A stretch of 64,000 bases of DNA. It comes from Vicugna vicugna (taxonomy: Eukaryota). Positions 1-11,639 of the stretch are shown here, piece after piece (position 1 is the first letter of the stretch; each line of letters opens with the position of its first letter). Location of the stretch: contig MU057597.1 in the NCBI GenBank assembly GCA_013265495.1, forward strand, positions 148,563 to 212,562. The letters run 5' to 3'. Both the position numbers and the translations under genes were made by a program. The notes beneath the pieces were generated by a model. It did not search any database and was not told the DNA's origin. It saw only the letters and a program-made list of their open reading frames with translations.

Positions 1-1150
1 TGGTAAAATTTTGTGTGAGTAGTCTAAACAGGAAAGTTGACAACAACTGAACTGAATGGATATGTGTGAGATCAAAGTTTAGATGTAAACATTTTAAATT
101 GCTTTCCCAAATCTTTGGCAACATAAAACTTTACACTTTTGCTAAGTTAAATTAAAAGATGGGTAGTTATTAAATATCTAGATGATTTCCAAATAAAATA
201 CCGAAACATTACTAAAAATAGATGCATTCAATTTCGGCTTCCTTTACATAGGAACTAAAGATAATTGAGTTTAATGTTGGTAACACTCTGGTGCAAAATT
301 TAAACTTGGGTTTTCTCTCTGAAAAAAAAGGAAAATATTTGTTTTTTTAAAGAAAAAAATATTTGAATACTGGTTTGCTCCTAATAATGGATTGTGAAAG
401 GTTCTCCCTTACCTTTACATAAAGTGCTTAGAAAACAAACATTTGTGTTTTACTGGAATTATTTCCTATACTTCATATTGTCTTAAATAGGTCTGTGATT
501 ACTAAAAAAAAAAGCCTAAAACTTCTGAACATAGAAGAGGCCACTATTCCTTACAACTCGATAACCTTTTCTATTTGTCACTGAAATCTTTCAGTGTTGC
601 TTTGAACAAATAGATAATTAAGTATCATTTCATAATGATCTGTCATCCGGTACGCGCAAATGTACAAAACCTTTTGACAAATGTTAGTGACACACCTGCT
701 CAAAATCAGTATCTGAGGGAAGACTTTTTGACACTGAAATAACTAGGCTCTTCTCAATGTCCCCTGGGATATTTTGAGATTCCTCTCTCACCGGGTAAAA
801 TGTGGAACCAATCAGGTTAAATTAAAATAGAGCTTTGGCAAATTAAACAAACAAACCAAATATTTGAACCTTGTATTTGTCTAGATGTATGTTAATGTAT
901 TTCAAAATTGTATGAAATTCTTCAAATTCTAAGATGTCTTAAAATAATGTTATCTATCATAATGTTAAAATATACATCACAGAAATAAGCAGATCTGTTT
1001 GTTAGTCTCATTATATTGACCTTTCATTAGGTCTTCAATAATAAGCACTTTTAAGACTTTTTGTCATTTACTGACAATATGGCACAACTCTGATGCTGTT
1101 GCAAATCTGTTTCATCTTCTGAGAACTTGTCTGAAGGGACTCTGACCATC
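1..1150 (+). mobile_element. ERV1-type internal (non-coding, AT-rich) fragment in intron 2 of gene 0
   Basis: AT-rich with no long ORF. Segments resemble the reverse complement of the provirus at 62300-64000 (e.g. 901-940 vs 63181-63210; 1057-1075 vs 63070-63087). Confidence 0.55.
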
Positions 1151-1341
1151 ACTGTGAAATCCGACTCTTGTGAGGAGATGGAATGTAAGTGGAGAAGACA
1201 GGTCCTGAAAGAAGGAAGGTACCGGGTGACTGAATGAACAGGTGTCAGGCTGGATACTTCAGAGTCAGACAGATTAGCAAATCCAAAGAAGGGCATTTCA
1301 GGAAGCACAGTTGAAACAATCAACTGAGAATATGACTTTAC

Positions 1342-1413
1342 CTGAGAAAGAGCCATTCCTGACCTCTTTTCTCTCCTCTTCCTCCTCTCCTGGGCTTCTT
1401 CCTCATGCAACAT
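1342..1413 (-). CDS. KZFP gene 0, first coding exon (MLHEEEAQERRKRREKRSGMALSQ); KRAB and finger exons lie outside the window
   Basis: Ends CTCAG|GTAAAG (GT at 1341-1340). Paralogous to the ATG exons of genes A, B and C and typical of this KZFP clade. Two in-frame ATGs (1413, 1356). Confidence 0.75.
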
Positions 1414-1994
1414 GAGTCTTGAGAACTCAATTTGAAAGTTGGAAAGATGCAGCTTAATGCTGAGAATCAACACAGCCCTTCCTGTGCCACAACCACACAC
1501 ACAGGGGAGACCCCACTACGTGGAACACAGTCCTCTGCTGCCCGCTGTCACAGGAGGGACTCAGGACAGGAAACTCCACACACAGACAAACAACGGAATT
1601 TCCCCACGCTGTCCTCAGATCACCCTCCCCTCCTGGTGAGCCCCTCCCCTACACGGCAGCAGTGTGCACCTCAGCTGGACCCGACAGCCCCCTTCAGGTC
1701 ACAGACCAGGCCCTGATCCATCCCCATGCAAAGCAGAGCCCCCTCCCCCTCAGCCCGGATCCCAGCCCTCAGGATGGGAGGACTCAGAGTCAGGATGCTC
1801 AGTGAGGGGCCCAGACTGGAATCACCTGGGGCTCCTTAAATATTAATGAGGTTGAACCCCACACAGACTGAATGAATGGGAATTTCTGGTCTGAGGGTAT
1901 AAAACATGTATATGCAGAATGCCTGACTGATCTAATAACGTGAAGCGTGGGTTGAGCACCACTCAGAGGCAAGCCCAGTGCACCTCCACTTCCT

Positions 1995-2730
1995 TTTTCT
2001 TTCCCAGCTTTCCTGAGTTATATAACTGATGCATAACAATGGTGTTCATATGCAGTGTACAACGGGATTATCTGACAGATGTCTACACTGTGTAACAATT
2101 GTCACAATAAAGTAACTGACACTCCTATCAAGTCACAATTACCAACTTGTGTCTGTGGGGTGAGAACACTTAAGATTTATTCTCAGTAAATTCCAAGTAT
2201 ACAGAAACACAGTGTAATTAACATAGTGAGCATTCTGTGCATTAGATTTACATGTTGTACTTATTCATTTCACAACTGAACATTTGCAACCTTTGACCAA
2301 CATCTCCACTTCCCCCCGCCACCCAACCCCTGGTAACAATTTTCATAAACTATAGCTCTATGAATTGACATTTCTGCTTCCCACATATAATGTCTGTCTT
2401 CTGCAGTGCTAATCATGTCAGAAATAATAATAGTAAGGTCAGATGTCATAATAATAATTTATGACTAACAGAAACTTCTATATCTACTCATTTCTCAGCA
2501 GACTTTTTAAAATTTCTATATCGTGGCTGTTATGAATAATGCAATCATGTTCACTGGACTGCAAATATTTCCCTCACTATAATAATTTCACTTTCTTTGC
2601 ATATCTAGCCAGAGGTGGGTTTCATAGATTGTGTGCCTGTTCTATGTTGAATTTATTCCCTAACCACCATATTGTCTTAGATAAGGGCCGTGCCATTTAA
2701 CATTCGCAACAGCAAAGCACAAGGGTTCCC
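1995..2730 (-). mobile_element. Old LINE-1 3'-end fragment (L1MA/MB-like); paralogous copies at ~17645-18065, ~37635-38265, ~58160-58645
   Basis: Recognisable antisense L1 3' UTR motifs (gtgagaacacttaagatttattctc, tttgaccaacatctcc), at an equivalent intron-1 position in all four units. Confidence 0.65.
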
Positions 2731-3459
2731 TGTTCTCTGTATGGTACGTGTGTGAGCGCTCATGCACATGTTTTGAGACAGATAAGGAGAGGGAAGTAGA
2801 GGAACCATCGCTAGTATGGCAGCAATAACGTAGTAGCTACTCCTTCCCAAAAGGATGAGCTCTGCACTGCCTATCACTGTGGTGTTGCTGGCCCTGATTC
2901 TTGGAACAATCTTTCCCTACATCAAAGAACTCAATGGCCCCTCTCAAACTGTGTCCACAGACACACCCAGCAGAGTCCCTCTAACAAAAACCTTCTGCCA
3001 TTTGAAGCTTAGTGCTCATAACTTCCCTTATAGACTCAAGTGAACTTACAAATGCTCATGGAATCCAAGTCTCCATAAAACCCATATCCACTCATCCTGC
3101 TATAAAATACCAGAAAACATCCCAAAACCTACTAAATCGTGCCAAAGGGGAAAATACATATGAAGACACCCAAGGAATACCTAGATGCAAAACACCATAC
3201 TTTCATTCCCAGTGATCACAGATCACACACTGTCATCTCCAAACACTACAGATAAAAGATGTTCCAAGTGATAAATGTGCCCCAGTGAGAACCCCACATC
3301 AACCAAAGAAACACTCCAAATTCTCCAATTTTAGATCTTTCATAGTGCATCTAAAGCTTTCTTTATTTGCAACCCAAAATACTAAGAGAAAAATAACAAA
3401 AAAACAAAGACTAAAAAGTTTAAATACTAAAAAGCAGTAAAAAAAAATTCTCTAAAATT

Positions 3460-3573
3460 TTCTCTTTATTACTCCTTACTCAGCCTCCCAATAAACCTTT
3501 CTCAGCTCCAAACTCCATTTCTGTTTGTTTGGCTTCAATGTGTCTTGGACACACAAAGTGTCACTCGGTAACA
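3460..3573 (+). mobile_element. LTR 3' (R/U5) fragment, ERV1-like
   Basis: AATAAA followed by a U5-like tract ending ...ctcggtaaca. Confidence 0.4.
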
Positions 3574-4252
3574 CCTACTCTGTGTGAAATGCCTCACCGG
3601 TGTTAGCCTGGCTCCTATGCTGATCCAGCGCCCCTCTCCTTATGTTGCTCTCCAATCCCTGCAGATCCGGGTTTTTTATTCACTTCTCTATTCATTGGCT
3701 ACATTCATGGCTAAACACTCTTTCATTTTACTGTCTCTCTGTAAGATCCTGAACCATCCTTAACATTCCCACTGGTTCTCCCTCATTTTCTCCTTCTCAG
3801 TCTCTCTCTCTCTCTCTCAGTGGCCCTTCATCTCTACTTTTCCTGATCTCCTTCGCCAGGAACAGAAAAGACCATTTCCAGCTGGGTGGGATTTGGGAAC
3901 CAAACAACACTGGGTGTCATATGGCTGGTCCAGGTCACCTACCCCTACACGATGTCAGGGATGGGTTGACTGTGAAGAGGAAGCCTTCAGAGCATAAAGA
4001 CCGATCTCAGAAGGATCCAAGGAGAGAGAGGCTTGGCCTGGAAGGTGTCTCAGGAGAGGGCCGGGCTCTCCAGAATCCCGGGACCCGGGAGAAAACGTGG
4101 CCTCACGGGAGCGGAGAAGCTGGTGCTGCCCTCCAGGGGCGGAGAGGGTGAGGCTGGGGCGCAAATCCACCGGGAGGAAGAGGACTTTAGATGGAGGGGG
4201 CAGTGGGAGTAAATGGGTTTAAGCACAAAAATATCTGGCAAGGCACTGTCCA

Positions 4253-4774
4253 TGAGAGAGGAGGGAACGGGACAGGGTACAACCAGTAGAAGAATGACAC
4301 AGCAATTAGCACTAAGATGGCGGAAGGGTCAACTCCCACTAGACTTAGAGCCTCCTTATAAGCTCATTGTAATATATTAACATGGTAAATGGCACTCCCA
4401 CACTTGCCAGGATAGTTCCGAAGCTAACCATGAAAGATTAAAAACTGAGTGATGGCCCCATTTCTGGGAATCCCAGCCCATTCCCCAAAGGGGTTGTAAT
4501 AATCCTCCACTTACTAACATACGAAGTTATCAAGTCCATAAAAGCTAACCACCCTGCACCTCAGGGCCTTCCTCTTGCCTTTTGAGAACGCTTCCACTCA
4601 TCTGTGGATTATCTCTCTCTCTCTCTGAATAAGTCTACCTTCACTCTCTTATAACTCACTCTTGAATTTTTTACTGCAGGAAGCCAAGGACCCTCACTTG
4701 GTCAGGCGCATGCCAAAGACTGGCCGAAGACCTGAAACACCGCCATCCACTCGCGCCCCACTGTTCCTGTATCA
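4253..4774 (+). mobile_element. Solo ERV LTR (522 bp) in the 5' part of gene 0 intron 1
   Basis: TG...CA termini. It interrupts sequence that is contiguous in the paralogs (21250-21285, 39520-39550, 59884-59920). It has a polyA-like AATAAG and a YY1-like AAGATGGCGG; the target-site duplication is not clean. Confidence 0.75.
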
Positions 4775-4856
4775 TCTCCTTGGACTAAACACAGAAAAGC
4801 CAAGGGAAAAGACCAGCCTCAGAGTGATTTCAAACCCAAAGGAAAAAATACCTCAC

Positions 4857-5160
4857 CTGGAGCAGCGATGTCTGGATTTACATGGCGGAGAGCTGGGTGC
4901 TGGGATTTTAGGTCTGTAGTGACCCTCACACCCTGAGGCTGGAATAAAGACGACGGAACAGCACAGATTTGCACTAGAAAGCAGAGCAGCGTGACCCTCC
5001 CTCAGCACGCTCCACTTCCGGATCCGTAGGAAACTGCGCACGCGCGGAGGCGGGACTTCCGGGAGCGGGCCCTGGCGGAGCGCCAGCGGAGGGGCGGGGC
5101 TAGTGGTGGGGCGAGGAGGGAACCCAGATAGACCTGGAGGGCGGGGCAGGAGCGGGGAGG
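4857..5160 (-). promoter_or_regulatory. Gene 0 CpG-island promoter and non-coding exon 1
   Basis: Two ETS/GABPA sites (ACTTCCGG at 5014-5021 and 5055-5062), an NRF1-like TGCGCACGCGC, a GC box at 5091-5100, and a CAG|GTGAGG donor at 4857/4856. Homologous to the other three promoters. Confidence 0.75.
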
Positions 5161-5489
5161 GGATGGTGCTTCCCTGTACCTTTACCCGCTCCTTTCAAGT
5201 TACAGTCTGTTGCAGTTTTGAGGTAAAAGCTTACACTTCTGTGGGCACTTATGTCGGAGACTAAGATGTTTCCTCTTAACAACAACGGTTGCAGTAAAAA
5301 GTTGTTGCTCGCGTGCATGGATCATGAGACTCAACACCAATTCAGTGGTTGGGAACGCGGTTCTCCAAGCCGTTGCTGTGGGGCCGTGGTGGATCCAGGA
5401 ACACTTCCTGAAAGTAGAGTTAATTTAGGCTCTTAAAGGAAAGAAGAGCTGGACTTGTCTCTGTATTACAAAATAGAATGAGAAATAGA

Positions 5490-5862
5490 TATAGGAGACT
5501 TCATTGAATCTCATTGTAGTGAATCTGATATAATCGCAACGGTCTTTATAAGAAAAAAGGCACGTTAAGTTTGACTCATGTAGAAATTGATGATGTAATG
5601 GAAGCATGTCAACAGAGATAAAGGATTTTACGAGGCTACCTTGCTGCCTTAAAAGAAGGAGGAAACGGACCAAGAGGCAAAAGATTATGTGGCCTCTGGG
5701 ATCCAGGAAAGACAAAGAAACAAATTTTGATCTGGAGTATCCAGAAGGAACATAGTGCTTTGCACTGGACCCATTTTACATTTCTGACCTCCGAATCAGA
5801 AGAGAATATATTTGCTTAAGGCTCTCAATTGGTGGTAATTTGCTACAGAAATAGGAAATTTA
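5490..5862 (+). mobile_element. MaLR (MLT1-like) LTR
   Basis: MLT1-type motifs (ccagaaggaaca, ttctgacctcc, tggtggtaatttgctacag...ataggaaa). Confidence 0.6.
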
Positions 5863-5869
5863 ATGAAAT

Positions 5870-6370
5870 GATGTATGTACAAAATCAAAAGAATCCCCAC
5901 AGATTTCTAGAAAAAGCCTAATTTGGAAGGTGGCAGGATACAAGAACAACGTTTAAAAGTGTATTGCAATTTTATATACTAGCACCTCAGAAACTGAAAT
6001 TCAAAACGTAATACCACGTGTGAAGCCTCAAAAAAAGAAAAATGTGTAAACCTAAAAATATATGGGCTTTTTGCTGAAAATGAACAAAATAATAGTGAAA
6101 AAAATTAAACATGACCTTTTTATGTAGGTCATCCTAGAGAAACATACCATATTCATTAAACTTTTAGAGAAACACATAAAATTCATTGATTGGAAGGCAC
6201 AACATAGAAACAGTATTAATCCCCCCAATTTGATCTGCAGGTTTAATGCATTTCCAATTAAGATTTTTTTTGTAGCCACAAACAAGATAATTCTAAAATT
6301 AGCATAAGAAGCAAAACACCAGAATATCTGAAAAATGCTGAAGTGGTTGGAATCACTCCACATTACCTCA
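5870..6370 (+). mobile_element. Degraded LINE-1 ORF2 fragment
   Basis: A-rich, with L1 ORF2 motifs (gtggcaggatacaaga, ttcattgattggaag, ataattctaaaatt). Confidence 0.6.
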
Positions 6371-6659
6371 AGACTGCTAAGAAAATAGCAATTGCTAATA
6401 AAAAAGTTCCCATTATATATTATTCATTTGTAAGAGAAAACTCATGAACATGGATCTTTTCAAATTATTTCACTGACTCAAGAACAAAAAAGAGACTTGC
6501 AAAATTTTAATTTTCTTATATTTTGTATATGCTTACTATGTTCTTATTTTCGCATCATGTAAATCCAGGTGCGTGCATGGTATTCTTTGGGTACAATTAA
6601 GAACAGGAAGCACTACATTCACGTGCTGCATATTCATGAATGTGGAGCAGGCTTTAGAG

Positions 6660-7045
6660 AGTGTACAAAAAAAGTAAAACAGACCCAAGTAGGAATCCCT
6701 TGACCCCAGCACGCAACCCAAGACTTAATTGTTTGACCCCTCCCAGGAATGTGACCTTAAACCAGTCACTCTGGATTTCAACACTAGTGAGGTAATCTAC
6801 AAGGCAGCATCTTTGCCCTCTCTCCCCCAGTGAAAGGTAACATTGCATAAAGGAATTTTCTCTGTTGGTAATACTTTTCACTCTGCCTGGTTGCTACCTA
6901 CAAAAACTTTCCATTTTGTACAGGTCTTCTGAGTATCTCTTTATCTCTTTATTTCCTAGATGGAGTGCACCCTGATTCATGAATCACTCCAGAAAGCCAA
7001 GTAGTCTTTAAATTTACTTGGTTAACTTTTTGTTCTTTACTAGAA
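6660..7045 (+). mobile_element. ERV1 LTR (MER34-like); paralogous copies at ~24818-25187 and ~46965-47360
   Basis: LTR-like motifs (aggaatgtgaccttaaaccagtca, ttccattttgtacag, gattcatgaatc) at the same 3'-flank position in units A, B and C, so it predates the duplications. Confidence 0.55.
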
Positions 7046-7440
7046 ACAGTCTGAAATGTACTCCTATGGTACTTTGATTAAAGCCACAAAAATATTCTGG
7101 AGCAGAGTTTGGAGAGAATAACTCAAGGATAAATTATGAGTGTCTAATCACCAAATTGTATGTTTTTGATTCTATCAAGGAAAGAAACTGGTACAGATTC
7201 TTTCAACCCTGAATGCCTAATGGCGCACGGTTAGCTTCCGTTATAAAGTACCAAGGTGGAATAAAACTGTTGTTCAGAGGACCATGGTTCACCCAGGGTT
7301 ATAGAAAATAATAAACTTTATTAGTCAAGACAGGGGACCTAGGATACATTTTGAGTTAAACCGTAGTAAGAGGCAATGGCAGCAGTTAAATATCAATCAT
7401 GCACATACATCCACGATTTTGGTATTTTCTCCTTTTTAAA

Positions 7441-7568
7441 TTTCTTTTGTTTGTTTGTTTGGGGGTGGGTAATTAGGTTTACCTATTTATTTTAATGCAG
7501 GTACTGGGGATTGAACCCAGAGCCTTGTGCATGCTAAGTCTACACTGCCGCTCAGCTAAACCCACCCC
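7441..7568 (-). mobile_element. tRNA-derived SINE, camelid Vic-1-like
   Basis: Reverse complement of a B-box GGGTTCAATCCCCAGTACC, followed by an AAATA/CCTAATTACC tail. Confidence 0.8.
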
Positions 7569-7949
7569 TCAATTTTGTTTTTTTCAGTTAAATGTTCCTC
7601 TCATAACAGCTCTCCCTTGGATTTCAAAGAGTAAGACTAAGTTTTCATGGAACATAGATATGTACAACAACATTCCCATGCAATGGAGAAAGAGACCAAC
7701 TTTTCCCGAGCATTGCTCCCACCACATACTCGGTCCCTAGTAACTGGTCACTCTTCTCCCATGAAAAGCCCAGGCCCTTAATGTCCTGCCTGCTCTGTTC
7801 AGTCAGCTGAGGTAGAGCTTTCAGTCCTGTAACCTACTGTGACCTATCCATGGACCAGAACCCTGAACATAATGAGCACGATGAGTCATGTGGATACTTG
7901 GTGGAAATTTTTACGTTTAGTAGATTGGAAACGCTCCTCTCCAAAAGAA

Positions 7950-9070
7950 GTCCTCTCTGTTCCAGAGCTTCACTCTCCAGCTGCAAGCTTTAGCCCACAT
8001 ACTACTTTGTGCAGTTTCTCCTAAAGATGTGTACTGAGGAGTCCAGCACATTGAGAGGCCTGGATAAAGACTCTGCTCATTAATTTGTATGGTTTCTGCT
8101 CAACAGAAGAGAAGATTCTCCTCCTGTTGCCTAATACTTGAACTCAAGGAAAAAGTTCTGTCATGCCCATTGCATCTGAAAGATATCTCTCCAGTATGAT
8201 CCCTAACCTGTGACCTCTGGGTAAAGCCCTTGCCACACACATTACATTTGTGTGGTTTCTCTCCAGGATAAATAATCTGATATCTACTGACAACTGAGTA
8301 AAAATCTGAAACTGTGCCATACTCATAGCATTTTTTAAGTATGAAGTATTTGGTGAACCCTCCATTTAAGGCACAACACAAAAGCTTTGCTACATTCAGT
8401 ACATCAGTAATGTTCTGTCTCATATGGACTACCTGATGACTGGTGAGAAGTGAGCCCTCAGTAAAGGTTCTCCCCGTTCAGGGCATGTGTGAGGTAATCT
8501 CCAGAATGAATTATTTTGTGAATGCATTCCTTACCTAAAGTCCTGGTCATACTACACACATTTACCTGCTTTCCTTCTAGGATACCCTGGAAGCCTAACG
8601 TGTGGATATCTGCTAAAACGGATGCCTAAAATCCCTCAGCAGCCTGGATTACCTGAGGGTAAGTCAGGCTTCAAAGTAGGATTTGCCATACTTACTACAT
8701 TTGTAAGCTTTCCTTCCAGTATGAATTCCCTGGTAGATTCCTTTTTTTTGAACTCCAATTGATTTACAAAGTTGTTGGTGGACCCTGAGGTATGAATTTT
8801 GACTGAAGACACTGAGACATTCGTTACATTTCTACAATTTCTGTCCATTATGGATTATCTGATGGTGAGGCTTTGCCACACTCATGACATGTCCACCATT
8901 TCTCCCCAGGATAAATCTCGCACAAACTTAATGTACCAATTTTGAATGAAGACCTTCCCACATACATCACATTAATATGGTTTCCCCTTTGTATTTATTT
9001 CCTGATGTGTAGTGAGGATTGAGATCTGAGTAAAGGCTTTTCAACACCCTTTCCTTTTGAAAGGTTTCTC
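7950..9070 (-). pseudogene. Vestigial degenerate C2H2 fingers downstream of the gene A stop (3' UTR)
   Basis: In-phase finger remnants such as EKPFKRKGC*KAF and GEKPHKCNVCGKGFTQRS, with stops and frameshifts. Confidence 0.8.
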
Positions 9071-10227
9071 CTAAGTATGAATTCTCTGATGACTTACAAG
9101 GGTTGCTTTTTGACGAAAGACCTTGCCACACTCATTACATTTGTAAGGTTTCTCTCCAGTATGAATTCTCTGATGTCTTGTAAAGTTTGAACGATGACTA
9201 AAGACTCTGCCACATACGACACATTTATGTAATTTTTCTCCTGTATGGATTAACTGATGACTCCTGAGGCTTGAGCCCTCGTGAAAGGTTTTGCCACATG
9301 CAATACATCTATAAGGCTTCTCTCCAGTGTGAATTCTCTGATGAACTGCAAGGGATGAATTTCGACTAAAGACTTTCCCACATACATCACATTGATATGG
9401 TTTTGCTCCTGTATGCATTCTCTGATGTTTCGTGAGGTGGGAGCCATGATTAAAGGTTTTCCCACACTCGTTACATTTGTAAGGTTTCTCTCCAGTATGA
9501 ATTCTCTGATGACCTCCAAGGGTTCCTTTTTGCCTAAAGGCCTTTCCACACTCATTACATTTGTAAGGTTTCTCTCCGGTATGAATTCTCTGATGAACTG
9601 CAAGGTACGAATTTCGACTAAAGACTTTTTCACATACATCACATTTATGTAATTTCTCTCTTGTGTGGACGATCTGGTGTCTTCTGAGGTATGATTCCTG
9701 AACAAAGGCTTTGCCACACTGATTACATTTATAAGGTCTTTCCCTGTGTGCTTTCTGGTCTTGTGTTAGTATTAAAGGATGCATAAAACCATTGCCACGT
9801 ATGTTACGAATGTTGGTCTGGATACTAGAAGAAATTCCTGGAAGTGGTAAAAATGAGGCACAATTATTGATACTCTTGTTGGCTTGATTAAACTCATCAA
9901 TTTTCTCCTCACTTTTAAAAATATGCAGGTTGTCCAGAAAGCTTAATGCAGGCCCTTTATCCACAGGCTTGATTCCTGCAATATTTTCATGTTGATCTCT
10001 CTTATCAGTAAGGTTTTTCTTATGGGTTACACTCATTGCGTTGTAATTTCCTGCCTCATCTGTCTGCTGTGACTCAAAGTCATACGTATTTTCTCGGATG
10101 CTCCTGAGGTAAAAGTGTTTCATTTTATTCCTTTCATGTCCAGCCAACATCGCTGTTTGGAATAGTTCTCCTCTCTCAGTGCTTGCTTTTAGTTGTAATT
10201 TCTTGATCACATGTACTTCTGACATAT
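9071..10227 (-). CDS. KZFP gene A terminal exon: spacer + 8 C2H2 fingers (spliced product ~430-432 aa)
   Basis: TTGTAG|AT acceptor at 10229-10228, phase 1, matching the KRAB-A exon. Eight CxxC...HxxxH units with TGEKP-type linkers; TAG at 9073-9071. Confidence 0.93.
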
Positions 10228-11149
10228 CTACAACATAAAAAGAACCATAAGTATTTTACTCATCAGAATTTATAAATGAATGTTTCATCTTACACACATG
10301 ATATTACACTGAAACAAGTAATTACACCAGAGTTATGAATCTATGTACCATTATTTTACAAATTTTAGGAACAAAAAAGGAATAGAATTCTTGAACTAAA
10401 GAAAAAGTGATCAGAGATAATTGAAATAAATTTAGGGCACCCTAGTTTCAAACAACCTATGATGAAACACTCACATTAAACAAAATTCTGTTAGCTATCA
10501 AAGAAAGTGTAGTTTTCCACCACGACACCAAAGCACATACCATTAGACATACTGCTCTCTCATAACTGAGAAAAGAATATTACACACATATTTTTCATAC
10601 TTATAAGTAAATGCTAAAGAACAGACAATATAGTGTAGCACTAAATAACCCAAAACTAGCATATCTATTGAACACAAATGAGTGGCCCTTAAAAACTGGG
10701 AAAGAAATACAGCATAATGAAAATGAAGAATATGGCAAAACAATTTTTTGAAAAAGAAAATATTTTAAAAAATACCTTCTATAAAATAATATCCCCATAA
10801 ATAAGCATAAACCATTCTGTGTGACCATCATCTGTGAATCAAAATTAAATACTAATAAATGAAATATTCTCCAATTATGATAACAGTGAATAAGCAGAGC
10901 AATTCCCTACCTATGCGGTGCCCTGAAATATCCAGTTCATTGGCTCCAAAATATATGGAATAAAGAGTGAGCAATTTGTAAGTTTATTCATAGGGTCAGA
11001 AACAATGCTAATCAGAACCAACTGCAACAGAAATGCATACAAGATATAATGTAAACAAAGGGATGTCATAACCAACATGACAGACTATGAATGTATCTTT
11101 GTATATAATAGTATCTTTTCGATCTTCATTATAAAAAATGCACTATTCT

Positions 11150-11591
11150 TAAAAAAGAATAAAATAATATCATTTGCAGCAACATGGATGGACCTGGAGA
11201 GATTGTCATACTAAGTGAAATAAGCCAGAAAGAGAAAGAAAAATACCATATATCACTTATATGTGGAATCTTTAAAAAAAAAAAAAAGACAGAAATGAAC
11301 TTATGTACAAAAAGTAAACAGACTCAGAAATAGAAAACAATCTTCTGGTTACCTGGGGGGAAGGAGGTAGGAAGGGATAAATTAGAAGTTCAAGATTTGC
11401 AGATACTGACTAGTATATATAAAATAGATAAACAAGTTTACACTGTATAGCACAGGGAACTTTATTCAATATCCTGTAGTAACCTACAATGAGAAAGAAT
11501 ATGAAGATGGATACAGGTATGTATATGTACCACTCAAACATTATGCTGTATGCTGTGACACACTGTGATTCAACTCTACTTCAATAAAGGA
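11150..11591 (+). mobile_element. 5'-truncated LINE-1 3' end with 17-bp TSD
   Basis: L1 3' UTR motifs (gcagcaacatggatggacctgg, ctgtatagcacagggaact). Flanked by AAAAAATGCACTATTCT at 11133-11149 and 11592-11608. Confidence 0.85.
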
Positions 11592-11639
11592 AAAAAATGC
11601 ACTATTCTAAGCCATCTAACAGCACTGTAACTTGTAAAG

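Noticed and set aside
9250..9717. Alternative-frame and antisense ORFs over the finger exons (also 27382-28800 and 48395-49343; '[11 protein letters not shown]', 'MNSLM' repeats)
   Set aside because: Expected by-product of the 84-nt C2H2 codon pattern; no independent promoter or splice evidence.
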